Shown here: piece by piece, positions 19,904 to 28,408 of the stretch
Layout: every line of letters starts with the position of its first letter
How positions within the stretch are numbered: position 1 is the stretch's first letter
Assembly (NCBI GenBank): GCA_965207225.1
Contig: CBDBLV010000004.1
Coordinates: 160,001 to 224,000 of the forward strand
Direction: 5' to 3'
Length of the DNA stretch: 64,000 nucleotides
DNA from: Dehalococcoidia bacterium
GTDB taxonomy: Bacteria; Chloroflexota; Dehalococcoidia; Plut-88900
Program-made: the position numbers and the translations under genes
The notes under the pieces: model-generated
Databases searched by the model: none
Seen by the model: only the letters and a program-made list of their open reading frames with translations
Told to the model about the DNA's origin: nothing

Positions 19904-21033
19904 GGATGGGGGGCGGGGATGACGGTTAGGTCAGGCGGGTCTTCGCCGTAGTTGGGGTTGTCATCGTAGGGCGGGAAGTAGGGGGGTGGGTCATTATCAT
20001 CATCGGGGTCGGGGTCATTGTCGTCTTCGTCATCGGGGTCTTCATTTTCGAATAGGTAGTCTTCGACGTAGGCCTTCTCGTCCTCTTCCAAGGCATCCAT
20101 TACGGCGAAGTATTCGTCTTCTTCGTGGGGCCAGGGATCGTCGGGGTCTACGAGGCCGTATTTGCGCCGCTCATCCAGGGGAACGAGGTCTCTCCAGGGC
20201 CACCACTTGTCTCCGGGCTGGGCTTTGCGTACGGGGAGGAGGTCGCGGAAGTCGAGGTCGCCTCTGTCTACGTTGTCCTGGAAGACCTTCTTGATGAGGT
20301 TGTCGATCTGCTCTTCGTCGGTGAGCTGTTTGGGGGCCTTGGCCTGGGCGGACCAGGCCCGGATGATGAGCTGGAGGCATCGGTTGATCTGGGTGTAGTC
20401 GAGGGGGCGCGTGCTCAAGAGGCGGTTGGTCAACGAGCGGAGGAGGGCGATTTCGCCTTCGATGTCCGGGCTGTCGATGGACAGCCGGGGCAGGGAAGGA
20501 GAAGTGTGGGACAGGGAGCGGCGACGGTTGGGGCGTCGGCCCCTGGGCCTTCGGCCGCGCCCGACGGGGCGGGAAGTCTTCCGCGGCTTGCGGCCGCGGG
20601 CATCCGTGTCCTGGTAGGTAGCCTGGGCACGGGGACTCTTCCGCGGTGCAGCACCGCAGGCATCCGCTTCTACGCCCAGTGAGGCGGAGCGGGGACTCTT
20701 CCGCGGCGCAGTGCCGCAGGCATCCGCTTCTACGCCCGGTGAGGCGGAGCGGGGATTCTTCCGCGGCGCTGTGCCGCAGGCATCCGTGCCCTGGTAGGTG
20801 GCCTGGGTACGGGGACTCTTCCGCGGCGCTGTGCCGCAGGCATCCGTGCCCTGGCAAGCAGCCTGGGTACGGGGGTTCTTCCGCGGTCTGCGGCCGCGGG
20901 CATCCGCGAGGGGGTCGGGCTTAAGGAGACCAACCGCCTCTTGAGCAGGCGCCCCTTTTTGGGGGCGTCGGGGGCCCGGTTTGGCGGGTCCCCTGTTTGA
21001 CAAGGTCTTGTTGTGAAGTTTGGATGTAGACAT
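19678..21033 (-). CDS. Hypothetical protein with basic 20-aa repeats, a helical core (EGEIALLRSL) and an acidic tail
   Basis: 451-aa ORF with a sigma70-like promoter directly upstream; 3' end runs through REP-like DNA, so the true end is uncertain. Confidence 0.55.
   Translation of the reverse strand: MSTSKLHNKTLSNRGPAKPGPRRPQKGAPAQEAVGLLKPDPLADARGRRPRKNPRTQAACQGTDACGTAPRKSPRTQATYQGTDACGTAPRKNPRSASPGVEADACGTAPRKSPRSASLGVEADACGAAPRKSPRAQATYQDTDARGRKPRKTSRPVGRGRRPRGRRPNRRRSLSHTSPSLPRLSIDSPDIEGEIALLRSLTNRLLSTRPLDYTQINRCLQLIIRAWSAQAKAPKQLTDEEQIDNLIKKVFQDNVDRGDLDFRDLLPVRKAQPGDKWWPWRDLVPLDERRKYGLVDPDDPWPHEEDEYFAVMDALEEDEKAYVEDYLFENEDPDDEDDNDPDPDDDNDPPPYFPPYDDNPNYGEDPPDLTVIPAPHPIPMPREESLTPITESTPLPVGASFVDTLPVGGAARAEAPEARAAVGPHTTDPSPHDEDPPPPPQPRIARGRPPP
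20577..20906. repeat. Tandem repeat, 60-bp period, about 5.5 copies
   Basis: TCTTCCGCGG-N7-CCGC(A/G)GGCATCCG recurs exactly every 60 bp; in frame with ORF 19678-21033. Confidence 0.95.
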
Positions 21034-21047
21034 TAGGTCTGAACGTT

Positions 21048-21075
21048 AGTATAGAACGTATATGGCAGTAGTCAA
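21048..21075 (-). promoter_or_regulatory. Sigma70-like promoter TTGACT-N16-TATACT with overlapping GAAC (LexA-like) half-sites
   Basis: Reverse complement of 21048-21075; GAAC at 21041 and 21054, 13 bp apart. Confidence 0.6.
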
Positions 21076-21207
21076 GAGGCTTTGGGAGCATTTTGGGGGG
21101 ATTTTCCCCCGGCCCCCTGGGGAACCCTCTCCGCCTAGCGCCCCGGGAGTAATATCAGTCCCGCCGGTGTTACGTTGCGGGAGCAAATCGGCGCTGCACT
21201 TTCACGG

Positions 21208-21326
21208 GGAACCCTCTCCCCCTTGGTCCCCCTCTCCCTTAGGGCCTTTAAGGGAGAGGGGGAGAGAAGAACAGAGGCCCAGGTGCGTGCAGAGCACGCA
21301 CCTGGGCCTCTAGTTCAGTACTGGGG
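21208..21326 (+). repeat. Intergenic repeat family A, copy 1 (variable 18-bp hairpin 21273-21311)
   Basis: GGAACCCTC...CCCCTCTCCC...GGGAGAGGGGG...GAACAGAGG[stem]CCTCTAGTTC..TACTGGGG. Confidence 0.92.
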
Positions 21327-21373
21327 AGGGGAGGAGATTCCTCACGGGGCATCGGAATGGGAAAGGGATGGGG

Positions 21374-22300
21374 TTATTCGGTCATGTTTATGCCGGCTTC
21401 GAGGCCGGCGTACATGTAGGTCATGGCGGGGACCTTGTAGTCGCCCCAGCGGTCGGTGAAGGCTTCGATGTCTTCGGGGGAGACGGCCCGGCCCTCCATA
21501 AAGACGTTGGAGATGGTCTTGAGGAGGTAGAGGTCGGAGGTGGGGAGTACGTCGAAGCGGCCGAGGGAGTGGCAGAGGATGCGCTGGGCGGTCCACACGC
21601 CGATGCCACGGTAGGCGACGAGGGTCTCGATGACGGAGTCGTTGCTCATATCGTGGAGGGCGTCGAGGTCCAGTTCGCCGGTCGATACGGCCTCGGACAT
21701 CCGGTGGATGTACTCGGACTTCCGGGCGGAAAGCTTGCATGCCTTAAGCTCTTCGACACCGGCTTCCATGAAACGCTGGGGAGTAGGGGAGAGCCAGAAC
21801 TCCTCGCCGTAGAAAACGGCGCTCCGGCCGTATTTTTCGATGAGTCGGCGCTGCATGGTGAGGGCGACGGCGGTGGAAAGCTGCTGGCCGAGGATGGTGC
21901 CGACGAGGGCCTCGAAGAGGTCGACGTCCTGGCCGGGCTTCAGGCCCCGGAACTGCCGTGCGGCCTTTCCCAGGCCTGCGTCCTGCTCGGCCATTTCGTA
22001 GAAACCGGTGAGATCGTAGTCGGTACACAGGCGCCATTTCACCTCAGATACAAGCGACTGCATGGAGGCTTCTTCCAACTCCTCTGCCTCGGCCCGGATT
22101 TCGAGCATGGGGTCTTCGACGCCGCCTGAGGAGGAAACTGTCAGGAGGGCGGGTCGGGAGTTGGCGCTAGTGACTCTTTTCCACACGCTGTCTTCGAACT
22201 TCTCAACGCCGATGCCCTCGGCGTACCAGCAGGCGCGTCGGGCAGTGAGCTCGAAGTTGAAGGGTGGAACGGGTTGGATGCGGGCGGTAAGGGTTTCCAA
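21374..22300 (-). CDS. AlkA-like DNA-3-methyladenine glycosylase (HhH-GPD)
   Basis: FEALVGTILGQQLS, LVAYRGIGVWTA HhH, PTSD; probable TTG start just after extended -10 TGcTATACT (22311-22319). Confidence 0.85.
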   Translation of the reverse strand: METLTARIQPVPPFNFELTARRACWYAEGIGVEKFEDSVWKRVTSANSRPALLTVSSSGGVEDPMLEIRAEAEELEEASMQSLVSEVKWRLCTDYDLTGFYEMAEQDAGLGKAARQFRGLKPGQDVDLFEALVGTILGQQLSTAVALTMQRRLIEKYGRSAVFYGEEFWLSPTPQRFMEAGVEELKACKLSARKSEYIHRMSEAVSTGELDLDALHDMSNDSVIETLVAYRGIGVWTAQRILCHSLGRFDVLPTSDLYLLKTISNVFMEGRAVSPEDIEAFTDRWGDYKVPAMTYMYAGLEAGINMTE

Positions 22301-22357
22301 GTCGGGGGTCAGTATAGCATTGGAGAAGCAGCCGGTGAGAGGAGCCTCTTTGAGGTA

Positions 22358-22387
22358 GTTGACACGCATCGTATCAACAAACATAAT
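22358..22387 (+). promoter_or_regulatory. Promoter of hspR-grpE-dnaK (TTGACA-N17-CATAAT) overlapped by a HAIR-like inverted repeat GTTGA-N11-TCAAC
   Basis: TTGACA 22359-64, CATAAT 22382-87; TTGA-N11-TCAA spacing equals that of the HAIR consensus. Confidence 0.7.
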
Positions 22388-22427
22388 GGCTATAGCATTA
22401 TCAGAGATAACACGGTAAAGAGAAGGA

Positions 22428-22784
22428 ATGAGGCAGATGAGACGAGAGGGCGTGTACGTGATGCGGGTCGCGTCCCGGCTTTCGGGGATGCACCCACAGA
22501 CACTGAGGAAGTACGAACGGGTCGGGCTCCTGGCCCCGACGCGAAGCGGTGCATTGCGGATGTATTCCGACGAGGACATAGCCCTCCTAAAGATGATAAA
22601 GTATTTGATTGGCAACGTGGGATTGAACGTAGCGGGGGTGGAGCTGGCCTTGCGCATGAGGTCGGGGCTTAGGGCCCTGAAGAGGCAGGCCGACGCCCTC
22701 CCCGAGGACACTCCCTCCAAGGACAACATGGAACGGACGATAGAGCAGATGCTCCGGCTGATAGAGGCCCCGGAGGCCCGGTAG
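22428..22784 (+). CDS. hspR: HspR-like MerR family heat-shock repressor
   Basis: YVMRVASRLSGMHPQTLRKYERVGL...RMYS...GLNVAGV; first gene before grpE-dnaK. Confidence 0.82.
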   Translation: MRQMRREGVYVMRVASRLSGMHPQTLRKYERVGLLAPTRSGALRMYSDEDIALLKMIKYLIGNVGLNVAGVELALRMRSGLRALKRQADALPEDTPSKDNMERTIEQMLRLIEAPEAR

Positions 22785-22789
22785 ACGAC

Positions 22790-23341
22790 ATGTCGATGGA
22801 CGAGGACTTCAACGAGTTCATCAAGGGTCGGGCGCCGGCCGATTCCGACCTCTCTACAAGGCTGGAAGAAGCTGAGCAGGAGATAAACCGGCTGCGGGAG
22901 CTGTTACAGCGTCATCACGCCGACCATACGAACTACAAGCGCCGGATGGAAGAGACGGAGGCGGAGCGGGCCTCCCGGGCGGCGGCGCACCTGGTTACGA
23001 GCCTGCTACCGGTGCTGGACGACCTGGACCGGGCGACGGGGTCGGGCCCCGAGGCGGACAGCGGGGGAGTCGGGACTGCGCAGGACCGGGTCTGGAAGGA
23101 AGGGATGGAGCTGATAAAACAGAAGCTTATGTCAATACTGGAGAGGGAAGGCGTCCGCAGGATCGAGGCGGTGGGCAAGCCTTTCAACCCGGTGCTCCAC
23201 GAAGCGGTCGCCCCTCATCCGACGGACACGGTGCCGGAGGACACGATAGTCGGGGTACAACAACATGGGTATACGCTCAACGGGGCCCTTTTGAGGCCTG
23301 CGAAGGTTACCGTGGCCCGGAGGCCACAACATACGCATTAG
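22790..23341 (+). CDS. grpE: Nucleotide exchange factor GrpE
   Basis: ADHTNYKRR, LLPVLDDLDRA, FNPVLHEAV, GYTLNGALLRPAKVTV. Confidence 0.95.
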   Translation: MSMDEDFNEFIKGRAPADSDLSTRLEEAEQEINRLRELLQRHHADHTNYKRRMEETEAERASRAAAHLVTSLLPVLDDLDRATGSGPEADSGGVGTAQDRVWKEGMELIKQKLMSILEREGVRRIEAVGKPFNPVLHEAVAPHPTDTVPEDTIVGVQQHGYTLNGALLRPAKVTVARRPQHTH

Positions 23342-23383
23342 TTTAGTCATCAAGCCGTAGGAGGCTACGGAGGTAGGACCAAA

Positions 23384-25306
23384 ATGGCAAAAGTACTTGG
23401 AATAGACCTGGGGACAACCAACTCCTGCATGGCAGTCATGGAGGCGGGAGAACCCAACGTCATAGAAAACGCGGAAGGGGCGCGCACTACGCCCTCGATG
23501 ATCGGGGTGAATGCGAAGTCGGGGGAGAGGTATGTCGGGACCACGGCGAAGCGACAGGCGGTCACGAATCCCGACAACACAGTCTTCTCCATCAAGCGGA
23601 TGATCGGGCGTCGGTTCGGCGACCCGGAAGTGCAGAGGGACATAAAGCTGATGCCCTTCAAGATCGTCCAGGCTGGCAACGGGGACGCCCAAGTCGAGAT
23701 CGGGGGGAAGACGTATTCGCCGCCGGAGATCTCGGCGATGGTGCTGAGGAAGCTGAAGGAGGACGCTGAGGCGAAGCTCGGGGAGACGATCACCGAGGCG
23801 GTGATCACCGTTCCCGCATACTTCAACGACAGCCAGAGGCAGGCGACCAAGGATGCGGGCCGCATCGCGGGGCTGGACGTGCTCCGGATCATCAACGAGC
23901 CGACAGCCGCATCCCTGGCCTACGGCCTGGACAAGGAGGGCGAGAAGACCATCGCCGTGTACGACCTCGGGGGTGGGACATTTGACGTGTCCATCCTTCA
24001 GATAGGCGAGGGCGTGTTCGAAGTGAAGTCGACCAACGGGGACACGCACCTCGGGGGAGACGACTTCGACCAGCGGATAATCGACTGGCTGGTGGCGGAG
24101 TTCAAGCGGGACCAGGGGATCGACCTCCGGCAGGACCGCATGGCCCTCCAGCGCCTGAAAGAGGGTGCCGAGAAGGCCAAGTGCGAGCTTTCGACGGTGA
24201 TGGAGACGGAGATCAACCTGCCTTTCATCACGGCGGACGCCGCGGGGCCGAAGCACATGAATATCTCGCTGTCCCGGGCGAAGCTGGAGCAGCTGGTCGG
24301 GGACCTGGTGGACCGGACCGAGGGCCCGTGCCGCAACGCCTTGAAGGACGCCGAGGTCTCGGCGTCCGACATAGACGAAGTGGTACTGGTCGGGGGGCAG
24401 ACGCGGATGCCCGCGGTGGTGGAAAAGGTGAAGGGGGTATTCGGTCGGGAGCCGCACAAGGGCGTGAACCCGGACGAAGTGGTAGCCATTGGCGCGGGGA
24501 TCCAGGCCGGTGTGCTCAAGGGCGACGTGCAGGACATCCTGCTCCTGGACGTGACGCCGCTGACGCTCGGGATCGAGACCCTGGGCGGCGTGGCAACGCC
24601 ACTTATCCCGCGAAACACAACCATCCCGACATCCAAGTCCCAGGTGTTCTCCACGGCTGCGGACAACCAGCCGAGCGTCGACGTCCATGTGCTGCAGGGT
24701 GAACGGTCCATGGCGGGAGAGAACAAGACCATCGGGCGATTTCTGCTGGACGGGATACTTCCGGCTCCTCGTGGCATGCCGCAGATCGAGGTGGCGTTCG
24801 ACATAGACGCCAACGGCATCCTGAACGTGTCGGCGAAGGACATGGGCACGGGCAAGGAGCAGAAGATCACGATTACGGCAAGCTCGGGGCTGGAGAAGGA
24901 TGAGGTGGAGCGGATGGTGCGGGAGGCCGAGGCCAACGCCGAGCAGGACAAGCAGCGCAAGGAAGAGGTCGAGATCCGGAACAATGCCGACTCCCTGGCC
25001 TACGCTGCGGAGAAGATGCTGCGGGACAACGGGGACAAGGTGCCCGCGGAGCTGAAGTCCGAAGTCGAGGGCAAGATTGCCCAGGTGCGCTCTGCGCTGC
25101 AGTCGGGAGACGCCGCACAGATAAAGCGGGCCTCGGACGAACTCAACGAGTCGATGCAAAAGGTCGGGGCAGCGGTATACAGCCAGCAGCAGGGCCAGGG
25201 GCCGACGGACGGGGCAGACCCTTCAGGCGGAACCCAGCCCGGCCCCGACTGCCCCGGGGGGCCGGGGCAGTCGGGGCCGGTGGAGGGGGAGTTCAGAGAG
25301 GTCTAA
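23384..25306 (+). CDS. dnaK: Chaperone DnaK (Hsp70)
   Basis: [36 protein letters not shown]-terminal VEGEFREV. Confidence 0.98.
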   Translation: MAKVLGIDLGTTNSCMAVMEAGEPNVIENAEGARTTPSMIGVNAKSGERYVGTTAKRQAVTNPDNTVFSIKRMIGRRFGDPEVQRDIKLMPFKIVQAGNGDAQVEIGGKTYSPPEISAMVLRKLKEDAEAKLGETITEAVITVPAYFNDSQRQATKDAGRIAGLDVLRIINEPTAASLAYGLDKEGEKTIAVYDLGGGTFDVSILQIGEGVFEVKSTNGDTHLGGDDFDQRIIDWLVAEFKRDQGIDLRQDRMALQRLKEGAEKAKCELSTVMETEINLPFITADAAGPKHMNISLSRAKLEQLVGDLVDRTEGPCRNALKDAEVSASDIDEVVLVGGQTRMPAVVEKVKGVFGREPHKGVNPDEVVAIGAGIQAGVLKGDVQDILLLDVTPLTLGIETLGGVATPLIPRNTTIPTSKSQVFSTAADNQPSVDVHVLQGERSMAGENKTIGRFLLDGILPAPRGMPQIEVAFDIDANGILNVSAKDMGTGKEQKITITASSGLEKDEVERMVREAEANAEQDKQRKEEVEIRNNADSLAYAAEKMLRDNGDKVPAELKSEVEGKIAQVRSALQSGDAAQIKRASDELNESMQKVGAAVYSQQQGQGPTDGADPSGGTQPGPDCPGGPGQSGPVEGEFREV

Positions 25307-25540
25307 GCTTCTCTTTCTTACGGTTCAATGAGGGCCCGACGTGCCAAGCGCGTCGGGCCTTTTTGCTTTTGGGCGTTAGATACGTGACTCTGCTTGCAGG
25401 GAACCCTCACCCCCTTGGTCCCCCTCTCCCCCTCGAGGGACTCGGGGCAGGCTTAGGGCCTGTAAGGGAGAGGGGGAGAAAAGAACAGAGGCATAGGCGT
25501 GTGCGTTGCACACGCCTATGCCTCTAGTTCGGTACTGGGG
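25280..25540 (+). repeat. Direct repeat unit 1: dnaK 3' end + terminator + family A copy 2 (hairpin 25487-25525)
   Basis: 46 bp identical to 26473-26518, then similarity continues to about 26735. Confidence 0.92.
25331..25370 (+). terminator. Intrinsic terminator of dnaK
   Basis: GGCCCGACG...CGTCGGGCC stem followed by T-run. Confidence 0.8.
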
Positions 25541-25770
25541 GAGGGAGAGGAGGAGAGGAAAGTGAGTGGCTAAGAAGATGATAGATTTTGGGTAAGGTGC
25601 TTCAGATCCCTCGCGGAGCATCGGGATGGGACAAGGGGGTCGGGATGGGATAAGGGGAGGGGGAGTTCAGGGAGGTTTAGACCTCCGTTTGTTCTTGCAA
25701 GCCATGAGATGGCCGTACATACTTGTTAGAATGGTGCACGTACAAGAGTGCATTCATCGGAGGTGCAGTG

Positions 25771-26043
25771 TTGGCTATTCCGGTTCGCAGGCCCGCTGAA
25801 GAAACTGCCCGCCTCGGCGATCGTATATACGAAAGAGATATACGACAACGGGTCGAAGCCATCCACCACGGAGAGATTATAGCCATCGACGTTGACAGCG
25901 GGAATTATGTCATTGCAGACGACGTCATTGCGGCGTCAGAGGGTCTGCGCGCCCAACGTCCAAATGCCGATGTGTGGCTAATCCGAATCGGGTATCGGGC
26001 CCTGGGAAGTTTCGGGGGCCATGCTCTGCGGAGACCCGATTGA
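25771..26043 (+). CDS. Small hypothetical protein (DUF5678-like), partner of downstream aspartic protease
   Basis: GGAGG RBS; HHGEIIAIDVDSGNY...RIG pattern; stop overlaps the next start (TTGA). Confidence 0.6.
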   Translation: MAIPVRRPAEETARLGDRIYERDIRQRVEAIHHGEIIAIDVDSGNYVIADDVIAASEGLRAQRPNADVWLIRIGYRALGSFGGHALRRPD

Positions 26044-26579
26044 TCGAGGGCCTCGTAAATTCCGACTATGAAGCCGTCGTAAGCGTTACCCTGCGAAGCC
26101 CGGAGGGGCAAACTCAGGAAGTAGACGCCGTGGTAGACACCGGCTTCAACAGATATCTGACCTTACCGCCTACACTTGTCGCGGAATTGGAAGCGGCTCC
26201 TTTAGGACGCAGCCGGTTGGTGCTAGCGAACGGCAATGAAGACACATTTGAAGTTTGCGCCGTTACGGTTCTCTGGGACGGCCAACCACGGTACGTGGAA
26301 ACCTACGTGGCTGATTCCACACCGCTGATAGGCATGCTTTTGCTCGAAGGACATAGCTTGTACATGCAAATCAAGGACGGCGGGCACGTAACCCCATACA
26401 GCCCGAACAATAAACGCATCTACAAGCCTGTGCAGACACTGCCTCGGCCAGACGCCTTGACGACCAGGGCAAGTGGAGGGGGAGTTCAGAGAGGTCTAAG
26501 CTTCTCTTTCTTACGGTTTAATGGGGGCCCGACGTGCCGAGCACGTCGGGCCCTTTTCTTTGGGGGGTCAGGTACGTGA
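26040..26579 (+). CDS. Clan AA (retropepsin-like) aspartic protease, probably frameshifted near its 3' end
   Basis: AVVDTGFN catalytic motif, LANG, PLIGMLLL; natural end likely near 26413. Confidence 0.75.
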   Translation: MIEGLVNSDYEAVVSVTLRSPEGQTQEVDAVVDTGFNRYLTLPPTLVAELEAAPLGRSRLVLANGNEDTFEVCAVTVLWDGQPRYVETYVADSTPLIGMLLLEGHSLYMQIKDGGHVTPYSPNNKRIYKPVQTLPRPDALTTRASGGGVQRGLSFSFLRFNGGPTCRARRALFFGGSGT

Positions 26580-26735
26580 CTCCGCTCGCTGGGAACCCTC
26601 ACCCCCTTGGTCCCCCTCTCCCCCTCGAGGGACTCGGGGCAGGCTCTTAGGGCCTGTAAGGGAGAGGGGGAGAAGAGAACAGAGGGCGGCATTGGCGCAG
26701 AGCGCCAATGCCGCCCTCTAGTTCATTACTGGGGG
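26473..26735 (+). repeat. Direct repeat unit 2: dnaK 3' end copy + terminator + family A copy 3 (hairpin 26681-26719)
   Basis: Matches 25280-25540. Confidence 0.92.
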
Positions 26736-26806
26736 GAAGGGGAACCATCCTAACCCCAGATTCCTCGCTGGGCATCGGAATGACAGGGCATTGAGCTGAG
26801 CGTCGG

Positions 26807-28150
26807 TTAGCCGACGCCGGCGAGGACGGCAGCACCGGAGCTTTCGGAGCCGGGGTGGCCCGGGGCTCCGTAGAGGGGGCAGCCCGTGCAGCTTCGGGTT
26901 GCGCCGCAGGGGGCGACCTGGGGCAGGCTCGAACCTACGCCAGCGGCGGCTCGGGGCTTGGCTTCGGGCTCTCTGAAGAGGTCCATACGGAGCTGCTTGG
27001 CCCTCGGGGGACGGTGGCCGGGGAAGACCAGGTAGGGCCAGGCGCGCTTTTTGACTACCCCCATGGCTTGTAAATCTCGCCATGAGTCCAAGGTGTGCTG
27101 CCTGCGCTGAAGCAAGATCCGGTCGGCCGCCGTAGGCCCGAGCCCCGGGACGCGGAGCATCTGGTCCCTGGTCGAGTAGTTTATGTCCACCGGGAAGGCG
27201 TCCAGGTTTTCGAGGGCGATGATGGACTTGGGGTCCGTGTCCATGGACAGAAACCCCGCCTCATCGAAGGCGAGCTCTATCTCTTCGTTGGAGAACTTGT
27301 AGATGCGCTTCAGCCAGTCCATCTGGTAAAGCCGGTGGGAGCGGGTCATGGAAGTAGGGGGGTGCTCTTCCAAGGGGGTGTAGGGGATGGGTTGGAAGTT
27401 GGAGTAATAGGCCCGCTTCAGGTTCCACTCGCCATATAGCTGGTCGATTCGGTGGAAGACCTCCCTGTCGGACTCGTTGGCCGCGCCCACCACGAACTGG
27501 GTGACCTGTCCAACCGTCCCACCGGTCCTCTCTTGATTAAGGTCATTGATCCACTCCATGGGGGCCAGGATGTCGCGCTCCAGATCCTTCATCTTGCTCA
27601 GGGTGCGCATCCTATCGACACTTGGGGTCTCGATATTGACGGACAGCCTGGTACCCAGCTTGTGGGCTGCTTCCACGTACTCCCGCTCGACACCCGGCAT
27701 GACCTTGAGGTGGATGTATCCCTTGAACCCGTACTTCTCCCTGATGATCTGCACCACGTCTATGAGCTTGGCGGTGGTCTTAGAGCCGGTGCCCGCCACG
27801 CCGGAGCTGAGGAAGAGGCCGTCCACGGTATGGCGCCGGTGCAGCTCCATGAAGGCGGAGGCCAACTCTTCCCGTTTGAAGGCGAAGCGTTTTCTCGGGA
27901 CCCAGTGGCTGTTGGGGCAGAAGTGGCAGTCCATCTTGCAGAAGTCGGTGAACATGACCCGCATGAGGCTGATGGTCTTGCCATTGGGCATGGACGCCTT
28001 GTAGACGCCGGGCATGGGGTTCTTCTTCGGGTTGGAGTATGGCCCGCGTTCCCTGGTCTTTTTCTGGGGCTGGGACAGGATGTCGTCGCTGGCCATACCT
28101 CCCAGGAGCTGAAGCTTTTCGTAGGTCTCGGGGGTGCGTTTGATGAGCAT
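26807..28150 (-). CDS. Putative DNA modification/repair radical SAM protein with helix-hairpin-helix
   Basis: CKMDCHFC CxxxCxxC motif, GLFLSSG, YIHLK, RLYQMDWL, LRVPGLGP HhH; AGGAG RBS. Confidence 0.88.
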   Translation of the reverse strand: MLIKRTPETYEKLQLLGGMASDDILSQPQKKTRERGPYSNPKKNPMPGVYKASMPNGKTISLMRVMFTDFCKMDCHFCPNSHWVPRKRFAFKREELASAFMELHRRHTVDGLFLSSGVAGTGSKTTAKLIDVVQIIREKYGFKGYIHLKVMPGVEREYVEAAHKLGTRLSVNIETPSVDRMRTLSKMKDLERDILAPMEWINDLNQERTGGTVGQVTQFVVGAANESDREVFHRIDQLYGEWNLKRAYYSNFQPIPYTPLEEHPPTSMTRSHRLYQMDWLKRIYKFSNEEIELAFDEAGFLSMDTDPKSIIALENLDAFPVDINYSTRDQMLRVPGLGPTAADRILLQRRQHTLDSWRDLQAMGVVKKRAWPYLVFPGHRPPRAKQLRMDLFREPEAKPRAAAGVGSSLPQVAPCGATRSCTGCPLYGAPGHPGSESSGAAVLAGVG

Positions 28151-28173
28151 GGGTTGGTCTCCTCTTAGAATAG

Positions 28174-28224
28174 CAACTACATTCGCAATATATATTCTCA
28201 ATATATGTTCTTAATGAATGTTCT
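28174..28224 (-). promoter_or_regulatory. Four 13-bp-period (A/G)TTC repeats upstream of the radical SAM gene; LexA-like operator array
   Basis: ATTC/ATTC/GTTC/GTTC at 28181, 28194, 28207, 28220 in an AT-rich patch; TTGACA on the minus strand at 28241-46. Confidence 0.55.
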
Positions 28225-28408
28225 TATAGTTACATGGAGATGTCAAGGGGGTGGGGTTGGCAATTGATGCGAGCGGTTAACAATGGAAAGTTCTTCTCGT
28301 CGCTCGCACTTAGAGGGCCTCAGCACGAGCGTCTCTGACGAATGGAATGTTGGGCCCGGCCGGTCGGGACTGGTCTACAAGGGTGAACCGAACCTCCACC
28401 CCGCCAGC

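Noticed and set aside
20577-20906. 60-bp periodic repeat as a CRISPR array
   Set aside because: Spacers recur in two classes, repeats are degenerate, the period is a multiple of 3 inside an ORF, and no cas genes are present
22301-22729. Long N-terminal extension of the AlkA-like ORF
   Set aside because: Overlaps hspR and its promoter on the other strand; an extended -10 supports a start near 22300
23132-25159. 675-aa antisense ORF (and the 328-aa one) opposite dnaK
   Set aside because: Well-known antisense shadow of Hsp70 genes in GC-rich genomes
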